This document shows, one piece after another, positions 63,756 through 64,000 of a stretch of 64,000 nucleotides of DNA (within the stretch, counting starts at the first letter, position 1; every line of letters begins with the position of its first letter). The notes under the pieces were generated by a model. The model searched no databases. It had not been told where the DNA came from and was given only the letters and a program-made list of their open reading frames with translations. Position numbers and translations under genes: made by a program. The DNA is taken from positions 14,384,001 to 14,448,000 of the forward strand of contig OY740807.1 in assembly GCA_963514005.1 (NCBI GenBank), given 5' to 3'. Origin of the DNA: Raja brachyura (taxonomy: Eukaryota).

Positions 63756-64000
63756 CTTAGCATATGTGAGGTTCATTCAAGAGTCTAAGAACAGCGGGGA
63801 CGAAGCTGTTCTTGAATCTAGCAACATGTGCTTTGAAGCTTTTGTATCTTCTTCCTGATGAGTGAATAGAAAATGACTGTGCAGTGACTGTTTTTTGATT
63901 ACATTCGTTGCTTTCTTGAGGCAGTGTGAAGTGGAGTTGGAGTAAATGGGGGAGTGGTAGGGGAGAAGCTGGTTTGGATGATTGTCTGGTCTGCGCCCAC

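Larger units (their letters stand above)
62768..64000 (-). mobile_element. Rex1/Babar 3' end (minus), interrupted by a plus-strand Rex/Babar tail (~62895-63160) and a Penelope insertion
   Basis: ggtttattattgtcacatgt…gtgaaaa is the tail reverse complement; aagagtctaagaacagcggggacgaagctgttcttgaatc is the reverse complement of the RFKNSFVPAVLRLL motif. Confidence 0.75.

Overview
Eukaryotic, repeat-rich genomic DNA from a cartilaginous fish. HE1-type V-SINEs, SacSINE1/Deu-type SINEs and HER1/CR1 LINE tails suggest a skate or ray. The only protein-coding sequence I can support is one 168-nt internal exon of BCAS3 on the minus strand (20548-20715). The rest of the window is inferred to be its two flanking introns, in what is the BCAS3-TBX2-TBX4 regulatory block in other vertebrates. 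The introns carry fragments of CR1, L2, Rex1/Babar, RTE, L1/Tx1 and Penelope-like retroelements, SINEs, three Harbinger-type MITEs and a probable Helitron. Repeat-free AT/homeobox-motif-rich islands between them look like conserved enhancers. The most notable observations are: about 18 short Penelope-derived units carrying a minimal hammerhead ribozyme core, often as fold-back pairs with their own TSDs; 22-bp palindromic micro-insertions with 8-bp TSD-like flanks; Harbinger MITEs sharing termini but with different internal motif arrays; a CpG-rich non-coding retroposon with a Rex/Babar tail; and a possible intronic polyA isoform of BCAS3. Almost all ORFs in the supplied track are spurious or decayed TE fragments. 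Family names are from recognition, not database searches, and most TE boundaries are approximate.
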